Shown here: piece after piece, positions 9,075 through 18,539 of the stretch
Numbering within the stretch: position 1 is the first letter of the stretch
How the letters are laid out: each line of letters begins with the position of its first letter
From: a virus
Lineage: Duplodnaviria; Caudoviricetes
Strand: one strand, 5' to 3'
Virus record (IMG/VR): IMGVR_UViG_3300022407_003733
Location: 1-35,602 of that record
Length of the DNA: 35,602 nucleotides
Notes under the pieces: generated by a model
Databases searched by the model: none
The model's input: the letters and a program-made list of their open reading frames with translations, nothing else
Told to the model about the DNA's origin: nothing
Translations under genes and position numbers: made by a program

Positions 9075-10844
9075 TCAGAAGAACCTACGGGCGCGACCAG
9101 CTACATCAAGGCGCTTGAGCGCCTTCTTCAGCGAGGAAACCTGCTTGCCAGAAGCCGGGCGAGTGGCAGGACGTTCTACGGAGGAAAACCCCATGCGGGA
9201 ACGACAGAGGTCTATGAGAATGAAAGCAGCATCAGCCAAGTCGGGGCTGAACCCAACACGGTCCTTCATGTCAATCTTGCGCTCAGCCCGGAGCAGCAGC
9301 TTACCCCCACCCTTGACGGTATCATATTTGCGCGAGACCATTTCGCGGATCGTGGAAGCGTCAAGCCCGCTGAGCTGTTTAGCCCGGAGCAGCTCCTTGC
9401 CTGCGAACCACAGCTCAGAGACACGGTCATGGTATCTCTCATAGGAGGGGGACTTGTCAGATGATGAGACCGGCACGTCTGAAGCGCGTCCGCTGAAGTT
9501 GACCCGGAGGAACTCAGGCCCCCACAGCACAGCGAGCACGTCAGCAAAAGGAGCCCCGCCAGCCGTGGCGTCGAGGGCAAAGTTGCGGAGGGTTACCCCA
9601 CGCTTGACGCACTCGTCGCGGACTTGTCGGCAGATTTGGTGGGTGCGGGGGTCTATTTTGTTGGTGACATCTTCCGAAATGAGCAGGACCTCGTCAAAGT
9701 TGAGGTGCCTCACACCACCAAACGTCTTGCCAACTGTCCCAAAACGCAGAACACACCGGTCTCCACCAGCGGTGAAAGCTACGTCGAGGGCAGCAACCCG
9801 GCTCTTAGGACTGTCGTGAGACCACACGGGCGAGGAAGTCCCCCCACCGCGCTCAATTTCGACGTCAGAGTAGATGCTGTCCTCCGCTCCAATCGGGCAC
9901 CAGAATCCTTTCACCATTCGATAGTAGGCAACGGACTTCTCACCCAGCTTGGCGGCTTCATCGAGGTCATCCTGCTTCGCAAGGAACGCGTATTTAATGA
10001 ACCCGAGCGTGATGTTGGGGCTGCGCTCCGCGTCGAACCGAATGAACTGGCCATGCTTGGTGCGCCACGAGTAATCCATTTCGGTGACCGACGACCACCC
10101 GTCGAACGGCTCGGAGAAGCGGCCGTGAGGGTCGTAGTGCGAGTTGGGGTTCCCAATGCCAACCATCTTGAAGTCCTCATTGCGGGCGAGGTTAGAGAAG
10201 GCAGTCGTCAAGATGCTGTCTGCGAGCTCAGGCAACTCGTCAGCCACCAGTCGAAGACGCGGTGCCTTGAAACCCATGAACTTGTTCTGCGCATCACGTT
10301 CCTTCTTGCGGTCAGAGGCGACGAGGGTCAGACCAAACTTGTCAGATTGGATACCGTCAGCCTCAAACCGGATCACACCTTGCGAAGAGACCAGCTTACC
10401 GGGCAGCCCGGGGATCGCTTGGAAATAATCCTCAACCGTGGACCAGATACGCTTGCGGCTGTCCTTGAGGCTGGTGGAGGTGTAGAGAACCTGCGTCGCG
10501 TGTGGGGCGCACAGCCACTCAATGAGCCCCCATACTGCGAAGAAGTCAGTCTTACCTGAGCTCGCGCAACCCCCGACTGACAGATACTTGTTGGCACAAA
10601 TAGCTTCGAGCATCTCCTCCGCCCACGGGTGCCAGACGAAGTGCTTGCTGGAGGATGGCTGGTTCCAGAGAAGGTCTACCGCCCTGCGAAAGTGGTGAGG
10701 CTTGCCGGGAGAATCGGGAGCTCCTTCACGATAGCAGAGAAGCTCGATGTCGAGGTCGCTGACTTCAGGGCCCCAGATCAATCCATAGACCTCCCTCTCG
10801 GAAGGAATTGAAGTTCGTGAATGTTTTTTCTTGACTGAGGCCAT
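9075..10844 (-). CDS. terL: Terminase large subunit
   Basis: Walker A GCASSGKT, Walker B LVADE, coupling motif GIGNP, and nuclease-domain motifs ALDVA..GGD and SPDLADA. Confidence 0.9.
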   Translation of the reverse strand: MASVKKKHSRTSIPSEREVYGLIWGPEVSDLDIELLCYREGAPDSPGKPHHFRRAVDLLWNQPSSSKHFVWHPWAEEMLEAICANKYLSVGGCASSGKTDFFAVWGLIEWLCAPHATQVLYTSTSLKDSRKRIWSTVEDYFQAIPGLPGKLVSSQGVIRFEADGIQSDKFGLTLVASDRKKERDAQNKFMGFKAPRLRLVADELPELADSILTTAFSNLARNEDFKMVGIGNPNSHYDPHGRFSEPFDGWSSVTEMDYSWRTKHGQFIRFDAERSPNITLGFIKYAFLAKQDDLDEAAKLGEKSVAYYRMVKGFWCPIGAEDSIYSDVEIERGGGTSSPVWSHDSPKSRVAALDVAFTAGGDRCVLRFGTVGKTFGGVRHLNFDEVLLISEDVTNKIDPRTHQICRQVRDECVKRGVTLRNFALDATAGGAPFADVLAVLWGPEFLRVNFSGRASDVPVSSSDKSPSYERYHDRVSELWFAGKELLRAKQLSGLDASTIREMVSRKYDTVKGGGKLLLRAERKIDMKDRVGFSPDLADAAFILIDLCRSRMGFSSVERPATRPASGKQVSSLKKALKRLDVAGRARRFF

Positions 10845-10879
10845 AGTTGTTGTTTTTTACGACTCTGCCACATTACTGC

Positions 10880-11752
10880 ATGACCAAAACCAAGTCAACC
10901 AAACCAAAAACCGCCACCTCGACAGTTCAGGCATATCTGAAAAGTCACAGATTTGAGGGGCTCTCCATCCACCACATCCGCACGGTGCGCAAGCACATGG
11001 GCGTTTTCATGAAATACTTCAAGGAAGCGCCGCTGGAAGAAGTCACCCCAGAAGAAGTGCTCTGCTCCATACCCAAAAACTGGGGGCAGACCTCGAAGGC
11101 CAACTATATTCGAGCGGTCAAGACTCTCGCTAACTGGGCGCGGGATAATGACTACCTACCCTACGACCGCCGCACATTTGCCGAGCGTATCAGGAAGCCG
11201 AAGGAGGTTCCGTTGGAGCCCGAGTTCTTCACGACTGAAGAAATGCGCCGCCTACTGACTGTGGCAGGTATGCTGGTTGGGGGAGAAGAAGAGTTCCTGA
11301 TGTCCCTAATTATTCTTGGGGGCTTCGCCGGACTACGCTCCAGCGAGATCGGACGTTTGAGGTGGGTAGACATCGACCTCCCTCACAAAGCCGTGAGGCT
11401 GACGCCGAAGATCACAAAGACGTCGTCTCGGCGCATTGCACTGCTTCCCGACAACGGGGCTGCGTGGCTGGAACACGTCAAGGATAAGTCGGGATTTGTC
11501 GTTCCCCAACACCTTATCCCAAATTTGAACCGCTACATCGGCACACTCGCCAAAGAAGCTGGTGTGGAGTGGAAGAACAACGCCCTCCGCCACTCATACG
11601 TCACCTATGCCATGGCACAGGAGCGTGATGCGTGGAAAGTAGCCGAGCAAGTGGGCAACTCACCCCGTGTTTTGCAAGCCCACTACAAAGGGCTTGTGCT
11701 CCTCCCAGACGCAGTTGAGTGGTTTGGTATCACCCCTGACAACACCCTATGA
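10880..11752 (+). CDS. int: Tyrosine recombinase/integrase
   Basis: AGLRSSEI (R), TKT (K), NALRHSY, VGNS and HYKG (catalytic Y), with a SAM-like core-binding region. ATG 10880 is preferred. Confidence 0.9.
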   Translation: MTKTKSTKPKTATSTVQAYLKSHRFEGLSIHHIRTVRKHMGVFMKYFKEAPLEEVTPEEVLCSIPKNWGQTSKANYIRAVKTLANWARDNDYLPYDRRTFAERIRKPKEVPLEPEFFTTEEMRRLLTVAGMLVGGEEEFLMSLIILGGFAGLRSSEIGRLRWVDIDLPHKAVRLTPKITKTSSRRIALLPDNGAAWLEHVKDKSGFVVPQHLIPNLNRYIGTLAKEAGVEWKNNALRHSYVTYAMAQERDAWKVAEQVGNSPRVLQAHYKGLVLLPDAVEWFGITPDNTL

Positions 11753-12231
11753 AAACCATCATCGCAGTAGACCCCGGCCTTAGCGGCGGAATCGTAATCG
11801 GAGCCGAGGACGAGGTGTCTCCTCACGCAGTCACTTCCATGCCTGACACGGAAGCGGATGTCGTAGAACTCTTGCGGGAAGCCGTGAACTCCAACTATGA
11901 CGAGGGTTCCCTTGTCCTCGTCATTGAGAAGCTGCCCCTCTTCGTCTCAGTCCCCGGAGGCCGCGTCAGCGGAGCCAGCATGGCAAAGCTCCACCGCAAT
12001 GCGGGGCTCTTGACGGGGGCAGCATTGGCGCTGTCCATTCGCATCGTCGAAGTTGATCCCCACTCATGGCAGAAACACTTCCGCCTTGGAACCAAATCCT
12101 CTGCCGGTGGCTACACCGCTTGGAAGAACGTGCTCAAGGGGGAGGCGCAGAAGCGTTTCCCAACCATCAAAGTCACTCACGCAATATCTGATTCACTCCT
12201 GATTTGGGAGTTCGCAAAAACATTAAAATGA
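11749..12231 (+). CDS. RuvC-like Holliday junction resolvase
   Basis: IIAVDPGLSGGI, LVIEK, P..WQK and DSLLI give the RNase H-fold acidic residues. Confidence 0.8.
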   Translation: MKTIIAVDPGLSGGIVIGAEDEVSPHAVTSMPDTEADVVELLREAVNSNYDEGSLVLVIEKLPLFVSVPGGRVSGASMAKLHRNAGLLTGAALALSIRIVEVDPHSWQKHFRLGTKSSAGGYTAWKNVLKGEAQKRFPTIKVTHAISDSLLIWEFAKTLK

Positions 12232-14918
12232 AGAAACCATACCCACAGCAAGAAGCACATATTGAAGTGCTCGCCAACGTCATCAGCCGCCATAACGCGG
12301 CCCTTGACTCATCAAAGACAGGAACAGGCAAAACCTTGTGCGCAGCCGAAGTGGCAAAGCGTCTGGGGCTCAGTGTGTTTGTCATCGCACCCAAAGCCAC
12401 GCTGGTGAACTGGTCCCGTGTTCTCAAGGAGCAGGGTGCTGGAGTCGTCGGCATCATCAACTACGAGAAGCTCCGCACAGGGAAGTCGGGCTTCGGGGAT
12501 TGGAAGAAAGGGTCGTTCTTTTACAACCTTCCCCCGAAGACGTTGGTGGTGTTTGACGAGGTGCATGCCTGCAAGGGGCACTACACACAGAACGCGAAGA
12601 TGCTCATCGCATCCAAGGCGCTGCCGACGCTTATGCTCAGCGCGACCGCCTGCGAGAACCCTGTGGAATTGCGGGCCATGGGCTACCTGCTCGGGCTGCA
12701 TTTCCTGAAAGACTTCTACGGGTGGGCTACACGATTTGGAGCCACGTCCAACGCTTGGGGAGCCCTTGAATTTATCAAGCGCCCCGGAAGTGATGCACAT
12801 CTCGATCGACTGCGCCGACTTATTTACCCGTCACACGGGAGCATGTTGACGAGAGAAGACTTGGCTGAGTTCTTCCCTAATGGCCAGATCATCTACGACC
12901 CCATTTCCTTCGGCAGCGCAGGGGAGATCAAGAAGTTGCTCGATGAGTGCAGCGACGAGCTGCAGGCCATCTTCGATAAAGAGGACGAAGAGAAGGTAAC
13001 CTTGAAGGGCAACCCAGCCGAGGCCGTCGTCAAGCTGACGAGAGCTCGCCAGAAGGTTGAGCTCCTAAAAATGCCTGAAATCCGCCAGATGGTGCATGAC
13101 CGTCTTGAAGAAGGGAAGTCTGTAGTGGTGTTCCTGAACTTCAATCAGAGTGTGCGCTACCTTTGCGACCTGCTGGAATCAGATGGGGTCACCGCTGGGA
13201 AGATTTGGGGCGAAGAGCCCCGCATCGCAAAGCGCCAGCAAGTGATTGATGCGTTCCAAGAGGACGAGGTTCATGTCCTAATCTGCAATATCGGAGCGGG
13301 TGGGACCGGCGTGAACCTGCACCACACTGACTCGGCCGTCCGACCACGCGAGTCTCTCATCTCCCCGTGCTACAATGCGAAAGTAATGGACCAAGTCTTC
13401 GGACGCATTGACCGAGCAGGAGCAAAATCTGACCCGATCAACCGCGTTCTCGTGGCGGCCGGGTCTGTCGAAGAAAAAGTTTTAGAATCTGTGCAAATCA
13501 AGATTGACAACATGAACCGGCTGCACAAGAAGTCGTTTATTACCACTATGCCAAGAACACCAACATACCCAACTCCCTCCAAAGAGGGTTCCATTGAAAT
13601 CGACGCCACTGTCGTCGAATCCCCAGCCGAAGCTGCTGTTGTCTCACCAGCGCCCGCAGTTGAAATCCCCAAAGTGAAGCGAGAGCGCAAGCCGAAAAAG
13701 GCTCCGGTCGAAGCAGAAGTAGTCGTCGCCCCTCCAGCACCCGAGGCGACCACTCCAGAAGTGTCCCCAACGCCTCCCACAGGTGAGGATGCTGTGAAAA
13801 AAAGTGGTGAACGAGGGCACGCTCCGTTCTCACCCTCACAACTTGACCCCCTATCAATCTGCCCGGGCTACATAGGTGGCTCGTCCAGCGCATCAGGCAT
13901 GATGGCCGCAGAGCAGGGCACTCGATGCCACGCTGCTTGCGAGACTGGGGACACGACCGGACTCACCGACGAGGAAAAGATGCTCGTCGAAATGGTGATG
14001 GGCTACGAGGCCGATGTTGCGGACGGGGCAATCGAAGTGAAGCGCGAAATCTGTGTCGAGGTTTTCGATCAGTGGGGCTTCCTCGACACCCTCGCCATCA
14101 AGAAGGGCGGCAAGGCTGACATCGTTGATTTCAAGTTCGGCATCATGCCCGTCCGTGAAGCGGAGAAGAACATCCAGATGAAAGCCTACACCTATGGTGT
14201 GTGGGTCATGTTCCCAAGCATCAAGGAAATCACTGTCCACCTCGTGCAGCCGAAGCTCGACTCTATCTCTTACCACACATGGGACAGAGATCGTGACATG
14301 GAGAAACTCGGTGAGGAGATCAAGCACGTCATTGAGCGTGCCAAGCTGGCCCGCACTGACTTCTTCTCGGCAGATGTGGAGAAGTTGTTCACTCCACTAT
14401 GCGAAGCCTGCGACTTCTGCGGCAATCGTGCCCGCTGCCGTCCGCTGGCCCGCAAGCTCGTCAAAATCACGTCGAAATATGATCCCGTGTTTGAAGTTCT
14501 TGACGACCCAATCATGCGCCCCGGCGAGATTCGTGACCCGAAGACAATGGGCCTCCTGCTCCGAGCAGCTAAGATCGCTGCAAAATGGGCTGAAGATGTT
14601 CAGACAGCAGCACTCGAACAAGCCCTCACAGAGGGGATTGTCCCCGAAGATTTCCGCCTCGTTGAAGTCAATAAGCCGCGCCGCGTGAACAATCCGCTGC
14701 TGGCCTACGAGGCACTCAAAGATAAGGTGGCATGGGAAGACATGCTCGCCTGCGCTACCGGTATCAGTATCGGCAAGCTCGAAGAAATTTTCACCGAATC
14801 AGCCCCTCGGGGCGAGAAGGCGAAATACAAGGCTCTGCTCACGGATCGTCTCCAAGATGCCGGAGCCTTGGTGTCCGAGGGGGTCTACCACAAACTGGAC
14901 CCCATCAGGACAAAGTAA
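12228..14918 (+). CDS. SF2 (SNF2-like) helicase fused to a Cas4-like/DUF2800 PD-(D/E)xK nuclease
   Basis: N-half has TGTGKT, FDEVH, SAT and QVFGRIDR. C-half has SPSQ...CPG, GTRCH, GFLD, IVDFKFG, QMKAY and CDFC....C. A Pro/Ala/Glu linker joins them. ATG 12228 overlaps the upstream stop. Confidence 0.85.
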   Translation: MKKPYPQQEAHIEVLANVISRHNAALDSSKTGTGKTLCAAEVAKRLGLSVFVIAPKATLVNWSRVLKEQGAGVVGIINYEKLRTGKSGFGDWKKGSFFYNLPPKTLVVFDEVHACKGHYTQNAKMLIASKALPTLMLSATACENPVELRAMGYLLGLHFLKDFYGWATRFGATSNAWGALEFIKRPGSDAHLDRLRRLIYPSHGSMLTREDLAEFFPNGQIIYDPISFGSAGEIKKLLDECSDELQAIFDKEDEEKVTLKGNPAEAVVKLTRARQKVELLKMPEIRQMVHDRLEEGKSVVVFLNFNQSVRYLCDLLESDGVTAGKIWGEEPRIAKRQQVIDAFQEDEVHVLICNIGAGGTGVNLHHTDSAVRPRESLISPCYNAKVMDQVFGRIDRAGAKSDPINRVLVAAGSVEEKVLESVQIKIDNMNRLHKKSFITTMPRTPTYPTPSKEGSIEIDATVVESPAEAAVVSPAPAVEIPKVKRERKPKKAPVEAEVVVAPPAPEATTPEVSPTPPTGEDAVKKSGERGHAPFSPSQLDPLSICPGYIGGSSSASGMMAAEQGTRCHAACETGDTTGLTDEEKMLVEMVMGYEADVADGAIEVKREICVEVFDQWGFLDTLAIKKGGKADIVDFKFGIMPVREAEKNIQMKAYTYGVWVMFPSIKEITVHLVQPKLDSISYHTWDRDRDMEKLGEEIKHVIERAKLARTDFFSADVEKLFTPLCEACDFCGNRARCRPLARKLVKITSKYDPVFEVLDDPIMRPGEIRDPKTMGLLLRAAKIAAKWAEDVQTAALEQALTEGIVPEDFRLVEVNKPRRVNNPLLAYEALKDKVAWEDMLACATGISIGKLEEIFTESAPRGEKAKYKALLTDRLQDAGALVSEGVYHKLDPIRTK

Positions 14919-14949
14919 AGAAACCACAAACCTATAGAAACTAAAAGCT

Positions 14950-15756
14950 ATGCCCGTTACATCATTCGCCCGCCGTTCATCCACCCCAGTCACAACCGAG
15001 GAAGTTCCAGCCCCCGCTGAGCGCCTCGCCTCGACTCATGTCACTCCAGTCGCAGCGGACCCCGTCCGCACAACAACACCTGCTGTCGTGGCTCCTGCCG
15101 CGCTTAGCACCAGTGTTGCTGCGGCTTCTGACTTGGATGTTCAAGGTGACGTCAACCTCTCTGACCTCCGCCTTCCACGGCTTAATCTCGTGCAGCGCAC
15201 GGGAGACCTGCCGGACAAGTTCGGCTTCGGAGAGTTCATCCTCAATAAAACCTGCCTGATTCCTCGTCCGCTTGAGTTCATCGCTCTCTCGCTCAAGAAG
15301 CAGCTTCAGGAGAAGCGCCCCTATGGCGACGCCGAACGCGGAGCTGTCTATGACAGTGCCGAAGAGGTTCGCGCAGCAGGAGGCACCATCGGCTTTGGAG
15401 ATTACCAGTTCTCTGAGCTGGCCCACATCTTCATGCTCATCAAGAAGGACGCTTCCCTCGACACAATGGAAGACGCCGAAGCGGTGCGCGACCTGTTCAT
15501 GTATGAGATCGCTGGGGACCTCTGGGCCCCTGTGATCTACAGCGTGGGCCGGAGTGCATACACCAGTCTCGGTAAAGCTCTCCTGACTGCTCGCCAGTTT
15601 ACGCTCCGCAAGGGGCTCTACACAGGCAAGTGGAGTTTGACGTCAAGTGTCAACAAAGGCGCGAAGGGGACTTGGGTCACACCAGTCCCAACCTTCCGTG
15701 GCCGCTTGTCTGACGCTGACGCAGAAATCGCCAACGCTATCCGTCGCGGCGAATAA
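14950..15756 (+). CDS. Probable ssDNA-binding/annealing protein
   Basis: 268 aa between nuclease and polymerase, with DLRLPRLNLVQ and aromatic beta-strands (KGTWVTP). A terminator follows. Assigned mainly by synteny. Confidence 0.5.
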   Translation: MPVTSFARRSSTPVTTEEVPAPAERLASTHVTPVAADPVRTTTPAVVAPAALSTSVAAASDLDVQGDVNLSDLRLPRLNLVQRTGDLPDKFGFGEFILNKTCLIPRPLEFIALSLKKQLQEKRPYGDAERGAVYDSAEEVRAAGGTIGFGDYQFSELAHIFMLIKKDASLDTMEDAEAVRDLFMYEIAGDLWAPVIYSVGRSAYTSLGKALLTARQFTLRKGLYTGKWSLTSSVNKGAKGTWVTPVPTFRGRLSDADAEIANAIRRGE

Positions 15757-15766
15757 CCCAACTGAG

Positions 15767-15803
15767 GGCCCCTCTGTCACTTGTGGCGGAGGGGCTTTCT
15801 CTT
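15767..15803 (+). terminator. Intrinsic terminator
   Basis: GCCCCTCTGTCAC-TT-GTGGCGGAGGGGC stem with G.U pairs, followed by TTTCTCTT. Confidence 0.6.
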
Positions 15804-15840
15804 CATCAAATAACCCCCACCCACCTACTTAACAAAACCC

Positions 15841-16269
15841 ATGACACCTGACCAAAACCAGACCATCAGCCCCTCAGAAGAGTCGGCTGAAACCTCCCTC
15901 CCTTCCACGCACTTTCAGACCGTGGTCACCCTCGAAGACCAAACCAGCGTTGGGCTCGTCATCATGGAAAAACCGGATGGAGACATCCAGTTCTACCTCG
16001 ATCGACAACTCGGACCAGCGCAGTTCGGCCCAGCTCAAATCGTTGAGGTGCTGGTTCAACTCAACTCACTCAACAACACCCTCAACAAATATGTCAACGA
16101 CCGCATCCAAGAAGCCAAAGAAACCGCTGAAAAAGAAACCCAGCCCGAGCTCTCCCTCGATAACCAACCTGACAGCCTTTCTACGGAGTCTGTCGCCTGT
16201 GGAGCCGAAACCTACTGTGGTGGACTCGGCTCTGATGAAGTCGCTGCACACGCTGGCCAGCCGGAATAA
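15841..16269 (+). CDS. Acidic hypothetical protein
   Basis: 142 aa, ATG after an A/C-rich leader. Confidence 0.6.
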   Translation: MTPDQNQTISPSEESAETSLPSTHFQTVVTLEDQTSVGLVIMEKPDGDIQFYLDRQLGPAQFGPAQIVEVLVQLNSLNNTLNKYVNDRIQEAKETAEKETQPELSLDNQPDSLSTESVACGAETYCGGLGSDEVAAHAGQPE

Positions 16270-16290
16270 TATCTCAATCGCCCTTCGCGT

Positions 16291-16695
16291 ATGCCCAAAA
16301 GACCCATCAAAGGCAAAGCTGTGGCGACTGGAATGACTGATCCGAAGGGTGAAGCGGGTAAACTAAAGTGCCCGCTTCACATACTCCCGCCGTTTGCTAT
16401 GATGCAGACGGCGTGGGTGCTGGCCCTCGGAGCCATTAAATATGGCCCGTGGAACTGGCGAGGGAACAAGGTCGAGACAATGACCTATGTCGGAGCGATC
16501 ATGCGCCACCTACTCGCGTATGCCTCCGGCGAGGACAACGACCCTGAATCTGGGAAGTCCCACCTCGCGCACATCTCAGCCGGGTGCTCTATCCTCATGG
16601 ATGCCAACCACGTCGGGAACCTGATCGACAACCGTCCCCATCAGATGTTCCCGAAGACCAAAACAAAAACCGGCGTGCTCGACCAAGCCGCCTAA
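16291..16695 (+). CDS. dATP/dGTP diphosphohydrolase-domain protein (DUF5664-like)
   Basis: GAIKYGPWNWR...AIMRHLLAY..GEDNDPESGKSHLAH is the family signature. Confidence 0.85.
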   Translation: MPKRPIKGKAVATGMTDPKGEAGKLKCPLHILPPFAMMQTAWVLALGAIKYGPWNWRGNKVETMTYVGAIMRHLLAYASGEDNDPESGKSHLAHISAGCSILMDANHVGNLIDNRPHQMFPKTKTKTGVLDQAA

Positions 16696-16710
16696 CATGC
16701 AATGACCCCA

Positions 16711-16737
16711 AGGGCGGAAGGTGACTCCTTCCGCCCT
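16711..16737 (+). other. Intergenic hairpin upstream of the polymerase
   Basis: AGGGCGGAAGG-TGACT-CCTTCCGCCCT is a perfect 11-bp stem with no U-tract. Confidence 0.6.
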
Positions 16738-16754
16738 AACCATCAAGAACCTAA

Positions 16755-18539
16755 ATGAAAACAGCGGCGCTCGACTTTGAAACCTACTACGACGACACAT
16801 TTGGCATCACACTTCAGGGAACGAGGAACTATATCTTCGACTCTCGATTTGATGCCTACATGGTGACGATTAAAACTGACACCGGCATTGAGTATGCTGG
16901 ACCACCCGTGCTTTTTGACTGGTCACAGATCAGTGGCGAAGGCTGGCAGTGGATTCACCACAACGCGAGCTTTGACGAGCTCGTCCTGAAACGCCTCCGC
17001 AAGGACGGTATCATCCCAACTACCGCAGAACCGGAGATCACGCACTGCACGGCGGACCTCTGCGCCTATCTTGGGGGACCGCGTAACCTTGCAGGAGCCT
17101 CCAAGTTCTACCTCAAGCAGGAGGTGTCAAAGGACACTCGAACCGCGATGAAGGGGCAGAAATGGTCTTCTATGACCCCTGAATTCCGCGAAGAAGTCAC
17201 GAAGTATGCCGCGCGCGACGCGGAACTTACCCTCGACCTATGGCAAATGCTCAGCAGTCAGTGGCCTGACAGCGAGCGGCTGCTCTCCCGTCATACTCGG
17301 GCCATCGCGTGGGATGGACTTCCGATCGACATACCGCGACTTGACGAGGCTATCCCCGAATTGGAGCGCCGTAACTGGGAGGCGGGCACTCGCATCCCAT
17401 GGTATCACACGGGGGACGAGAAGCCACTCAGCCCAAAGGCTCTGGCCGAGGAATGCCGCAAGGTGGGCATCGAACCACCCCCCAGCCTCGCCAAAGACTC
17501 CGCAGACTGCGCCGCATGGGAGGACAAATATGGTGACATCTTCCCATGGGTAGCCGCCATGCGGGAATTCAGACGCACCAACACCCTACTGGAACGCCTG
17601 AAAGCCATGAGGGCCCGTGTGACCCCCGCCGGAGACATGAACTTCGGACTACTCTACTTCGGGGCTTCCGTAACGGGCCGCTGGTCTGGCGCTGATGGCG
17701 TCAACGTCCAGAATCTCCCGTCGAAGCCGATGTTTGGCGTGGACTTTCGCAGTTTAATCAAAGCCCCGCCGGGATATGTCTTCATCAACGCCGACCTCAG
17801 CCAGATCGAGCCCCGCTGTTTGGCTTGGTTGGTAGGCAATGAGCCACTCCTACAGAAGCTCCGCGATGGAATGGCGATCTACGAGGCTCACGCACGCACC
17901 TCTATGGGGTGGGAAGGCGGGAAGCTCAAACACGAGGATGCCCACCTCTACGCCCTCGCCAAAGCCCGTGTGCTCTCGCTGGGCTACGGGGCTGGTGCTG
18001 AGAAGTTTGTCATCATGGCAGCCAACTACGGCATCAAGCTCAGCCTCCCTGAAGCTGATGCCGTCGTCACGGCGTTCCGCGCTAGCGAACCGCTGGTATG
18101 CGGGCGCAATGGTCTGTGGAATCAACTGCAGCAAGGCATGGTGAAGTCAGCCGCAAAGCGGGAGGACTACCATGTTGAGCTACCCTCAGGCCGTCTCCTG
18201 CGATACATGCGCCCGAGCCAGCTTGGCGGGCTATCAGCGGAGACAATCTCCGGCCGGGGGATCATGCGCAAGAAGTGGTGGGGAGGAAGTTTGACAGAGA
18301 ACCTCGTGCAGGCGACCGCCCGCGACGTGTTCGCCTACTTCATTCCGACCATCGAGTATGAGTTGGGACTCCCAATTTTGTTTCACGTCCACGATGAGTT
18401 GACGTGCCTCGTCAAGGAAGACAAGGCAGAGGATGCGCTCCGCGATATACTGCAAGTTATGCGAACCCCGCCCCCATTCATGCCGGGGTTGCCATTAGAC
18501 GCAGAAGGCAAGATCGTTGAAACCTACCCAAACAAGTGA
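16755..18539 (+). CDS. polA: Family A DNA polymerase with 3'-5' exonuclease
   Basis: ExoI ALDFET, ExoII HNASFD, ExoIII YAARDA, TGRWSG, motif A DLSQIEPR, motif B AKARVLSLGYG and motif C VHDE. Confidence 0.95.
   Translation: MKTAALDFETYYDDTFGITLQGTRNYIFDSRFDAYMVTIKTDTGIEYAGPPVLFDWSQISGEGWQWIHHNASFDELVLKRLRKDGIIPTTAEPEITHCTADLCAYLGGPRNLAGASKFYLKQEVSKDTRTAMKGQKWSSMTPEFREEVTKYAARDAELTLDLWQMLSSQWPDSERLLSRHTRAIAWDGLPIDIPRLDEAIPELERRNWEAGTRIPWYHTGDEKPLSPKALAEECRKVGIEPPPSLAKDSADCAAWEDKYGDIFPWVAAMREFRRTNTLLERLKAMRARVTPAGDMNFGLLYFGASVTGRWSGADGVNVQNLPSKPMFGVDFRSLIKAPPGYVFINADLSQIEPRCLAWLVGNEPLLQKLRDGMAIYEAHARTSMGWEGGKLKHEDAHLYALAKARVLSLGYGAGAEKFVIMAANYGIKLSLPEADAVVTAFRASEPLVCGRNGLWNQLQQGMVKSAAKREDYHVELPSGRLLRYMRPSQLGGLSAETISGRGIMRKKWWGGSLTENLVQATARDVFAYFIPTIEYELGLPILFHVHDELTCLVKEDKAEDALRDILQVMRTPPPFMPGLPLDAEGKIVETYPNK

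Noticed and set aside
16291-16695. 2-aminoadenine (Z-genome) or deazaguanine DNA modification system
   Set aside because: No purZ or queuosine-pathway genes are in the window, and this domain is widespread in phages without them.
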